From: Dipteris shenzhenensis
Taxonomy: Eukaryota
Strand: one strand, 5' to 3'
DNA: 64,000 bases
Assembly: GCA_047967505.1 (NCBI GenBank)
Contig: CM106538.1
This document shows positions 14,240 to 24,537 of the stretch, one piece after another. The position numbers and the translations under genes are program-made. How positions within the stretch are numbered: the first letter of the stretch is position 1; each line of letters begins with the position of its first letter. The notes under the pieces were generated by a model. The model ran no database searches, was not told the DNA's origin, and saw only the letters and a list, made by a program, of their open reading frames with translations.

Positions 14240-16144
14240 TGAGCAACAACTTAGAACCATCAAGGGGTCAGATACCATCCAACCTAACTATAAGACCTTT
14301 GATAGAGCCTCCAAATCCTCTCCTATACTTGAAAGAGTTGATGAGGAAGGATTACATGGTTCATCTCAATAGACACTCGCTCCTAAGCCATAAGATGTGT
14401 GAGGAGGACCCTGCTTGGCACCAAGCTGTAGAAGAGGACCAAATATCCTTTTATGGCTTTGAATAACCATAGATGTGGGCAATGAGCCAATTACAAAACC
14501 ATGAGATGTGGCTGAATTAGCTGAATTCTATCCATGGAGGTTAAAATGCCTGTTGCAACTTTACACCGAGGGAACCCAACTCTTTAAATGGATCTCTCCA
14601 ATTGGATGAATGTGCAAATGATCACCCTCAAAGATGTGACCCTTGAATCAATATAACCTTTTGTTGAAGAGCCTAATGTCCTTAAGGTACTAATCAACAA
14701 ATTGGGTTAGTAGTTTGAAAGTGATGACACCAATGCCATACTCCCCATATCCTACCAAGATAAGAATGATTATCATTGTGTGAGTATAATGCCAAATAGT
14801 GTTGGACCAAGTGGGGATGACCCAAGGTGAAATGTATAGGCTTGTGTTCAAGCTAGCTGATGGAGCTATAGCTTAACCAGTAGTAGTAGTAAGGGATGTC
14901 AAGATTAAGACCTTAGGTCTTTCCTATTTAGTGTGGTTGGTGGTTATGGATTTCCATGACTAGTTGGATGACTATGATATTATACTAGGAAGACCTTTTG
15001 TGCAATTGCAAGACTGGTCCATGACTAGAGCTCCAATACAATATATCAGGTCATGGGGGTCGACCTTCAAGACTTGGAAAGCACATCCTATGTTGAGTAA
15101 TTTATTTGCCAGCAGTCGAGTTAGAAACCACTCAACAAACAACTTCAGTGACTGTGTTCTAAGAATGTAATGAAAAGGATCCAAGAGAGGACCAAGATGA
15201 ACACTTGTATGCTCCACTACCAGAGCCTAAGTTCTCACACAATTGGACGTATATCCTTCTATCCATAGATGTGCGTGAAAAGAGGGGAACACAAATGGTT
15301 GCTCACAACTCCAAGGTGCCTAGAACTATAGTCCCATTAAACTTAAACAATATGTATTGTGATAAAGGCACCCAAGGAAGGAAAAGGAGTAGTGGAGGTA
15401 AAGTTGGACCTCCATTGGCATAGGTATGTCAATGTTGTCATCACCCACCACGTGTTTTCCTCCAATTGGGGAGCTAGGTTGAATAGACTAAAGGTCTCGT
15501 TAGGATCTATGGAAGCAAAAGAAGAGCTTGCACAATAGGCTAAGCTAAGTCCCCACTAGAGGATAAGGCCCCAAGGACTAAATAAAAAAAGTCTCTTCTA
15601 AAGAGAAGAAACCTCTACAAAGGACTTGGATGATGGTGAAAAAGAGAATACTAATTTACACCAAGTCCCAAAGCGTTTAAGTCTTACACGGTTCAAGAAC
15701 GTAAAATACTCCTAGAGTAATCTAAAAGAATGACAAAAGAAGGGAACTAGCAAGGTTTTGATGTTTTGACCAAGGAAAAAAAAGTGGACCTACTATCATT
15801 GGATGAAGACCCTAAACTAGTCTACATTGCAAATGAACTCATGCTAGGACAGGAAGAGGGCTTGATTTCCCTTCTATGAGAGTATAAGGATTACTTTTCC
15901 TAGAAGTACATTGACATAAAGGGTGTCCCCCTTGAGGTAGTACAACACACCATTCCCATGATGGATACATTTGATTGGCTAAGCAAATAACCTACCCCAT
16001 GAATCCAAAAACAAGTGACGATTGTGAGAGAAGAAATTCAAAAGTTGATCAATGCAAGAATCATATATGAGATCAAGCATATGGACTGAGTATCACCCAT
16101 AGTCATCATGCTAAAATAGAATGGCAAGATTAGAGTGTGTTGAT

Positions 16145-16445
16145 CATCGATGATTTTTTTATGTTAGTTTCATTAACAAGTGAAACTTTTATATTGGTGT
16201 TGAAAGCTTATATGCCCTAATAAAAATAAATGTTTGAAATATTCGCCCCCAGGATTTGAGAAACTTTTATGATAAAAAATAGAAAGTTTCATTAGGAATT
16301 ACATCTTTTACTTCAAAATACAAAGAAAATATATAAGAGAATACTATGGTCTATCAATATTGTGAAACTAAAAAATATAGCTCCGTAAACTTTTGCTAGG
16401 ATTTTAGATTAATATACAAGTATATCTTTGATAAAGACATCCATG
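16145..16445. mobile_element. 301-bp AT-rich hAT-type MITE inserted in G1 RT
   Basis: 8-bp TSD GTGTTGAT at 16137-16144 and 16446-16453. Imperfect TIRs: CATCGATGATTTT versus CATGGATGTCTTT (reverse complement of right end). It splits the RT motif IRVC/DLKKV. Confidence 0.8.
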
Positions 16446-17032
16446 GTGTTGATCTAAAGAAGGTAAAGGTTGCCCCACGAAGAAGGACCACTATACTCTA
16501 CCGTTCAATGGAGCATGTACTACAGAGAGTGGCAAGAAAATAAGCCTTCATATTTCTTGATGAATTCTCTAGATACGACCAGTATCCATAGCCTCATTTG
16601 ATCAACACAAAATGGAATGCACCAATACAATGGGGAGTTTATGCTTCATGAGTGTGTGATGCTCTTTGGGCTCACTAATGCTCTCCCAACATTCCAAAGG
16701 CTAATGATCATGGCCTTTAAAGAATATATGAGGACTTTCTTAGAAAGTATTCCTCGATAAGTGATGCTCACATTTGGCATGAGATGACCACCTGAAATAT
16801 GTAAGACTAGTCTTTGAGAGGTGTCGCGTGTAGAATTTATCTCAACCCCCTCAAATGCCATTTTTGGGTTAAACATGGGGTGATATTAGAGCATGTTGTG
16901 TCCCCAAATAGAATTTTCATGGACTATAACAAGATCAAGCTATATTGGAGCTACCTCCCCATACAAATGGGCCAAGATCGATCACCCATTATAAGATTTT
17001 AATTGTATTTAACTCAAAGGAGGCATGCTAAG

Positions 17033-20000
17033 CCTGAAGACTAAAGATGAGGCTTTTAGTAAGTTCAAGGAATGGCATGTGATGGTGAGAAAGAAACAGG
17101 GAGGAAGGTGAAGAAATTGAGATTAGACAGAGGTGGAGAGTTCACATCAACTGAATTTGAAAGTTACTGCAAAAGTCATGGGATCAAGAGGCAGAAACCC
17201 CCGCCACATACATCACAGCAAAATGGAGTAGTAGAACGCAAGATGCACATCATCTATGAAATGGGTAGGAGTATGATGAAAGGGAAAGATTTTCCAAAGA
17301 CTTTCTAAGCTAAAGCATGTAACACTGCAGTTTACATTCTGAATCATAGCTACACGAAGGCTATGAATGGGATGACTCCACTGCAAGCCTTTTCTAGTAA
17401 GAAACCTTCAGCTGCACATTTTAGAGTTTTTGGATGTGATTGTTTTGTGCATGTCCCTGATGCTAATAGGACCAAATGGGAACCGAAGAGCCAGAAGTGT
17501 ATTTTCTTGGGCTACAGTGAAGAGGCGAAGGGTTACCATCTCTATAACCCTATTACCAAGAAGGTAATAGTAAGTCGCGATGTGGTCTTCTCAAAAAGCC
17601 GCATCAATTGGAGGAGGATGCTTCCTTCCCAGACAACCAGGACCAGGATATCCATCCAGTACCACCACCAACAGCAGTCCGAACTCCCCCAACGGTGCTT
17701 GGGAGGATTCAAGATAAAGAAGATGAAGAAGAGCCTGTAGAACCACAATGGCAACGACCATTCCCAAAGTGGGTAAAGTAGCTTTTGGACGGCAGAGAAC
17801 CTCTAGCCATTGAGGAGGAACCATCCGAACACCACCGGTCCAAGAGATTAGAGGAACAAAGCTTGGTCAACTATGCTTTGATGATAGAGGTGATCCGTTC
17901 TGAACCCAAGTGTCTTAAAGAGGCACAGGGTGATGATAGGTGGATGGAGGCTATGCAGTTGGAGTATGGCTCCATAATGAAGAACAACACTTGGGACCTT
18001 GTGGATCGACCACCAAAATGCAAGGTAATCGGCACCAAGTGGGTGTACAAGACCAAGTACAAGTCCGATGGCATGTTGGATAAGTACAAGGCTCAGCTCA
18101 TGGCAAAAGGATTTGCATAGGTACATGGTTTTGATTATTAGGATACTTTTGCTCCCACAACTCGACTAACCACAATTCGTAGTGTTTTGGCTTTAGCTAC
18201 CCAGGGAAGTTGGCCCATGTTTTAGATGGATGTAAAATCCGCCTTTCTAAATGGAGATCTCAAGGAGGAGGTATACGTGGAACAACCACTAGGTTTTGTG
18301 ATCCTCGGTTCAAAAGGTAAAGTTTGTAAACTAAAGAAGGCACTTTACAAGTTGAAACAGGCCCCACGAGCATGGTACTAGCAGATTGATCCCCCCTCTG
18401 ATGCAAATTTGTATATCTTCCGAGAAGGAGGCAAGTGTATGATCGTGGTCCTTTATGTGGACGACCTTGTCATAATAGGGAACCATGAAGAGAAGATCTC
18501 ACAGACAAAGCATTTGCTAGGAGGAGAGTTTGAAATGACAGACCTCGGACTGATGCATTTTTTTTTGGGGATTGAAGTTTGGCAAGAGCTGAAACAGATC
18601 TTCATTTCATAGCTGAAGTATGTTGGAGAGATACTAAAGGCATTTGGCATGGCTGAGTGCAAAACATTTGGTACCCCTATGGAGGTTGACGTGAAGCTCT
18701 CAAACGAGGATTCATGACCACTGGTGGACGAAGCGAAGTACACAAGGCTTGTGGGTAGCTTGATTTACTTGTGCAACATGTGGCCAGACATCAGTTTTGC
18801 GACTGGTGTACTAAGCAGGTTTTCCAATAAGCCCCAGGAGAACCATTGGAGGGCAGGGATGCAGGTGCTGAAATACATCAAAGGCACACTTGATTATGGC
18901 ATCACCTATACCAAGGGCAACATCTTGACTGGATTCTATGACTCGGGTTGGGCAGGACACGTGGACAGCAGGAGATGAGTGACAGGTTACTGTTTCTCAC
19001 TTGGATCTAGAGCTATATCATGAGTAAGCAAGAAGCAACCTACAGTTGCTCTTTCTTCTACGGAGGCTGAGTACAAATCTGCATGCTTTGCTTCTTGCGA
19101 GGTAGTGTGGTCGAGGAGGATTTTAGGGGACATTGGTGTAGTGTAGAACAAGCCTACGTAGTTATCATGTGATAATCAGAGTTACATGGCGATTGCAAAG
19201 AACCCTGTGTTCCACGCTCACACAAAACACATTGAGATTCAATATCACTTTGTACGTTAGGTCATCATGGATGGAGAGGTCAACTTGGTGTACTGTTCAA
19301 CTACAGAGAATGCTGTGGACATGAAGGCTCTTGGAAGAGACTTGCTAGAGAGGCATCTTCATCGACTTGGCATTGGGCCGAAAAAGTAAGTTCACTTGTG
19401 GGTGTGGACATTGAGGGGGGGTGTTAGATATCAATGCTCTACTCTCGTGTAACTATGAAGGAACCAGCTAACTCTACTTGTAAGCCCCCCATATGAGGAG
19501 AAGGCATTTGAGTAGCTCGATTATCCGGTAGGTCCTAGTTTGAACACTAGATGGGGGCCATGTGTGGCCTGATGGCTGGACGGCTTCAGATAGAGTTGGC
19601 ACACTGCCAACTAGGCTACATGCAAGTGCAGAAACGCATCCCATGATTGACCGCAGTGAGGGTACATAGAGCATTTCCTGGGGCAGCCCACTCTTGGGTT
19701 ACGGGACCCGTTTGGAGCCCCAGATGATCCTGGATGGCTCTGAGCCGAACAGTTGCTCTGTTTTGTGCACCGGTTCTATCGTGTGGTCGGTGGCCTATTT
19801 CAAGACCGACCCCCAGTCGACCATTTTGGGTGGACTGGGTTGGTCACCAAATTGGGTCTAACTGACTACGACTGGTGGCTATATAAGAGCAAGCCCGTGA
19901 AGCCCATTTCATCACTAGCTATAGCAACTCTGATTCCTTAGCATCGAGCCTCCGTCTTCTTCTATTTCCAGCTCACCATCGAAGCTTCTTTCATAGGAGT

Positions 20001-20140
20001 GCACGGCTGGGAGGCAGCGCCATCTATTGTATCAGTTCTACAGTAATCAAATTTTTTGATTCTCCATACTATCTGTTTTTCTCTCTTGCATACGAGATCA
20101 TGTTATTTGTTGAGCACAGACATTGTATTGTTTTCTTACA
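17033..20140 (+). mobile_element. 5'-truncated Ty1/copia element B: integrase core, RT, RNase H and 3' LTR
   Basis: [60 protein letters not shown] in copia IN-RT-RH order, with many stops. PPT TTGAGGGGGGG at 19411-19421. Confidence 0.93.
19422..20140 (+). repeat. 3' LTR of copia B (~720 bp)
   Basis: Starts TGTTAGA directly after the PPT and ends TCTTACA (terminal inverted repeat). CTATATAAG near 19879. The right flank switches to G2 leader sequence. Confidence 0.75.
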
Positions 20141-21311
20141 CATATATATTGGTGTTTTTGGTTGTACTATAAGTGTAGCTTAGGACTCGGGTCATATTCC
20201 AATGAGAGACGTAGGCTTAAGTGTGATAAGCAAACATAGTGCATCCATGTGTGAAATGAATGTGCATAAGAATGGTTGGGGTAATGAAGGCTTTTGCCTC
20301 CATTGGGGGTTGAAAGGTTTAGAAAGAGTTTAAGGGTTAGAGGGAGGTTTAGGGTCTAGAAGGGGTTCAGGGTTCAAAAGAGGTTCCAAGGTCCAGGGTA
20401 GAGTACATGGTAGAGAACTCATCTCCCCCATAGATCATGGAGGTAAAGGGTTGAGGGACTAAGGGTTTAGGGGGAGAATAGGAGTGGGAGAGGAAGAAGG
20501 TGTATGAGAATGGGGGAGGAGGAGAGGGAGGAGGAGGGAGGAGGAGGAGGAGGAGGGAGGAGGAGATCGAGGACAAGAGGAGGAGGGAGGAGGAGAGGGG
20601 GGAGAAGGGAGGAGGAGAGGGAGAGGAAGGGTTACAAGGTTGGAGGAGAGGGGAGGAGTTGCAAGGTTAGGACATGCTTTTCAACGTGGAGTGTAAGGAA
20701 GCATGGACACTTGGAGACAATTGCTTGGAATACCAAAGTAGAACTCAACATAATGCCAAAAAAAGTGTGGAATTCATTCCATTATGCTGTATTTATACAA
20801 GTTGGAGAGCTTCTCTCTCTGCATGTAGGAATTGTAAGACATTCTCTCTCTACATGTAGAACTTGCATTTAGAAGTTGCATGTAGGAGTTGCATGTAGGA
20901 CGTGCATGTAGGAGTTGCATGTACGACTAAGTTGCATGTAGAGCATGCATGTAGGACTTGCATATAAGAATTGCATGTAGAACTTGCATGCAAAACATGC
21001 ATGTTGGATTCCTAAGAGAGATTATTCCTAGTGTATGTCTGTTGAGATATCGAGCTCCACTCGTGATATGCCAGGGTGACCGTTGTGTATTTATGTCACC
21101 GCCTTGTTAGCTGCAGATGCGGTTGGTACACCACCCATGAATAATAGCTAGATGATAGCTATCCTTATCTACTCTAGATGTAGGAGTTGCATGTACGACT
21201 AAGTTGCATGTAGAGCATGCATGTAGGACTTGCATATAAGAATTGCATGTAGAACTTGCATGCAAAACATGCATGTTGGATTCCTAAGAGAGATTATTCC
21301 TAGTGTATGTC
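20141..21311 (-). mobile_element. Leader region of minus-strand gypsy family G2 (unit 1): GA-rich tract plus TTGCATGTAGGA repeats
   Basis: Colinear homology with ~39165-39992, which lies upstream of G2 gag. Continues at 29694 after copia A1. Confidence 0.75.
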
Positions 21312-21449
21312 TATTGAGATATCGAGCTCCACTCGTGATATGCCAGGGTGACCGTTGTGTATTTATGTCACCGCCTTGTTAGCTGCAGATGCGGTTGGTA
21401 CACCACCCATGAATAATAGCTAGATGATAGCTATCCTTATCTACTCTAG
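20906..21449. repeat. 272-bp tandem duplication spanning the host / copia A1 5' LTR junction
   Basis: 20906-21177 repeats as 21178-21449. One difference seen: the LTR starts TG at 21040 and TA at 21312. Confidence 0.92.
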
Positions 21450-23514
21450 TTCGTGGCTCAGTTAGTATGCCACCTTAGTTAGTTGAGTTTGGTTTGAGAC
21501 CCACATATAGGGTTCTTATATTTCTTTATACTAGAGTTCTTTTGGCTTTCACAACTAAGAAGAGGAAAACTGTTTTCAGCCTCCACTTGTGTGTGTATTC
21601 CCCCATTGTGTATGTGAGAAAGCCGCAAGTGAGACTCCTTCCCTCTCTCCCACTATCTTCACATGGTATCAAAGCCTTGTTCGTGGTAAGGAGCTCAAGA
21701 AAGCAAACCAAGTTCGCGGTGTCCTGGTAAGAGGACCAGTGTTGCTTTTCTATTTCGAGTTTGGGAGCAAATCTCTGTAGGTAGCACAGCCAGAAGTGCA
21801 GGAGTGCACTATCTCAGATTGAGACACCCTTCGCGGTGTGGCGAGAGCACAGTATATGCTGTGACGTTATTTTTCTGATTCGAGGCCATTTTGAGGCCCT
21901 TTTTGAAGGCAGAAGTTCTTCACAGGCACTCAGAAAAAGGCCATGTTTTTGCTGTGCGACCACTGCTCTGCTAGTCGGTGAAAAGTTGCCGCAGAAATTG
22001 CATTGTATGCCTGTGTGCAGAGATATTGGGAGTTGCAAATTCATGCTTGTTGCCTGTTGATGCAAAATCGTCACTAGGAAGTGACTGTGTGGTCAAATAC
22101 CACTTTTGTCAGTTTTGCAGGTCTACCCGTGTGAGGCAAAAGCTGGGTTTTTTTGCAGTGACAGAATATCTTGCAGTGTTCTGTAATGGCGTCTGATTCT
22201 CTTTCATAGATTGTCACTGAAAAGCTTGACAAGAACAACTTCCAGGCATGGAAGTTTAGAATGATGAATTTCCTTATGGGAAAAGGCTATTGGGAGTTCA
22301 TTACAGGAAATGAAGAAGAACCAGTTCTTCCTAATGTTCCCAATCAATAGGAAATGCAGGCATTTAAAGGATGGCATCAGAGAGCCAGAAAAGTTATGTA
22401 CTGGCTGTCAATCAGTATTTCGAATTCTATGATTGTGCATATTCAAGATGCAAGCACGCCAAAGGAGGCATGGGATACTTTGGCAAAAATGTACAGCACA
22501 AATATGCAAGCCAGGAAAATGCAGCTCAAACAGGAGTTGCACAATGTGCAGAGAGAAAATTTGAGCATCAATGACTACCACATGAAGGTGAAGAAAATTG
22601 CAGATGCACTTGCTTCCATTGGGTCACCAGTGGAAGATGATGATCTAGTTTCTGTGACCTTGGATTATGCACAGTTCCGGACATCTATTGCCATCCGTGA
22701 AAAATTTCCTGATTTTGAAGAGTTGTTTGCTCTTCTAATTTCTGAAGAGCAAAGAAATGGGGGTGCATCTTCTTCAGGAGGAACTTCAAAAGAAACTGTC
22801 TTCTACTCAAATGCTGGAAGAGGTAGAGGCAGAGTAGAGGAGGCTGATCTGCAGGCCGTGGTAGAAATCAAAATATGCAGCAAACTCAAGAAAACCAGTC
22901 CTATGGAGGAGGACGTGGTAACTCTAGAGGGAGGGGGAACCAAAGAGGCCGTGGTGGATGGCAGAGAGGCCAAAATGCAAACAACAATGTTGAATGCTAC
23001 TACTGTGGTAAAATGGGTCATATGGCTAAGGACTGCTACAAAAAGCAGAATGACATTATGAATGGAAAATTGCAGCAAGGCAATTATGCATCTTCCAGTA
23101 GACAGGGCGATGACAGAAATGAGCATCTATTTATGGTGTAGCACATGACCAATTCTATGACAAGTGCAGAAGAACAAAATGATGTGTGGTTGACAAAACA
23201 TGTGTGCCTCAGGATCTATGGAGCGCTCTAAGGTGGATGGAACCTATCTAGAAACATGATGAAGAGAGTGCTCATGACATGTATCTCAAGTCAATTAGGT
23301 TCCAAGATAGATTAGCTTGGACTCATAAAGAGAATCTTGAGATAGTGCAAAGTGCTTGATTGAATTACTTCAAATGAACCTCCCTTTTATAGGTGAGGGT
23401 ACTTACATCCATTTGCTTGCTCACATGTGGGATATCTCCTCCATGCCATGTGGCAGCTTACCCTTTGCTCATACCTTTGCTCTACAAGTGCTAATGCCAC
23501 CACAACTCTCAACA

Positions 23515-23696
23515 CCTCCCCTTGGTGCCATAATCCTTAGGCTACTGCAAGGTGGTCAGATGTGAGTTACATTCCATCACCTCCCCTTAGTGCATGCATT
23601 GCTACTTAAGGTGGTCAAGTGTGGCTTCTACATGTCAATACCTCCCCTGGGTGCTTTCATAGCTACTCTCAGGTGGTCAGGTTTGATTACAAAACA
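23515..23696 (-). repeat. Three degenerate 56-65-bp tandem units, each ending in the PPT motif AGGGGAGG
   Basis: Plus-strand units start CCTCCCCT at 23515, 23580 and 23641 and share GTGC...GCTACT...AGGTGGTCA...TACA. Confidence 0.85.
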
Positions 23697-23727
23697 TAAT
23701 AGGCAAGGTTGGCAAGGTTTTTGCTTT

Positions 23728-24537
23728 TCAATACATTCCATTGATGTCACCTTTTGGCTCATGGCTTGATGATGACTCCACGTAGTTGACTTGTTGATTC
23801 TTTAATCTGCAATCTTCTTCCTTGTGTCCCAACTTCTTGCAATGGTGACACTTGGGTTTGTTCTTCAATCTGCAGTCACTTTGATAGTGACCCATCCTTC
23901 CGCAATGGTAGCATTTCACTGATGTTTTACTGAATAGTGCTTGTTCTTCATTATAGCTATTGAGTGTTGCTGTCGATGTCGATGTCGATGCCTTCAACTC
24001 TCTTTCTTTTTCGAGAAGAGAGGATACACATTCTTCAAACTTTGGATCTGGCAAATTCTTCAAAGTGGTTGTCAATGCACTATACTCTGCAGGCATGCTT
24101 TTAAGGAGAATCGCAAGTGCATCTTTCTCTCCTACTTTTGCATTTATGCCCTCTAGTTGAGTCATAATGCTTTTGATTTTGTTGACAAATTGTGCCATGG
24201 ATTCATTGAAGCCCATGTGCATACCATAGAATTCAATCTTAAGATGGATTTCTTGGTTTTTGGCTTTTGCACCAAACACTATGTTCAACTCATCCCATGC
24301 ATCCTTGGCATGATCTTTAGAGTCTATATGATGAATTATGTTTGGACCCAAGTGCAATCCAATGAGTGATAGTGCTGCTTCATCTTTTTCCTTCCAAGCA
24401 TCATTTTGTGCAGTGGGTATGTCTTCTTTTACAATCTTCCAAAGCTTTCGGTGCATCCGAAGATATCTCATTTGTGTAGACCATGTGTGAAATCCATCCC
24501 CGGTGAACTTCTCAACAGTTGGAGTGCGGATTGCCAT
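23728..24537 (-). CDS. gag: Copia-type Gag (UBN2-type capsid region plus two CCHC zinc knuckles), 269 aa, intact
   Basis: EKFTGDGFHTWSTQM, AKDAWDEL, ILLKSMPAEY, CYHCGRMGHYQSDC and CHHCKKLGHKEEDC. Open from ATG to stop. Confidence 0.92.
   Translation of the reverse strand: MAIRTPTVEKFTGDGFHTWSTQMRYLRMHRKLWKIVKEDIPTAQNDAWKEKDEAALSLIGLHLGPNIIHHIDSKDHAKDAWDELNIVFGAKAKNQEIHLKIEFYGMHMGFNESMAQFVNKIKSIMTQLEGINAKVGEKDALAILLKSMPAEYSALTTTLKNLPDPKFEECVSSLLEKERELKASTSTSTATLNSYNEEQALFSKTSVKCYHCGRMGHYQSDCRLKNKPKCHHCKKLGHKEEDCRLKNQQVNYVESSSSHEPKGDINGMY

Larger units (their letters stand above)
8931..16970 (+). pseudogene. Decayed Ty3/gypsy gag-protease-RT (G1), interrupted by three insertions and truncated within RT
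   Basis: Gag core FGLSLDGKACQWYRAL (~11650), CxxC...H knuckles (~12240, ~12790), protease-like ...DYDIILGRPF (~14990), and RT motifs VSPIVIMLK.NGKIRVC, MLFGLTNALPTFQRLM, LNPLKCHF. Start approximate. Confidence 0.88.

Noticed and set aside
20367-20872. G/R/E- or P/S/L-rich ORFs (also 39317-39817 and 57230-57821)
   Set aside because: Translations of purine-rich low-complexity tracts, not genes.
23515-23696. Repeat-spacer pattern resembling a CRISPR array
   Set aside because: Eukaryotic retroelement context, units are homologous along their length, and no cas genes are present.
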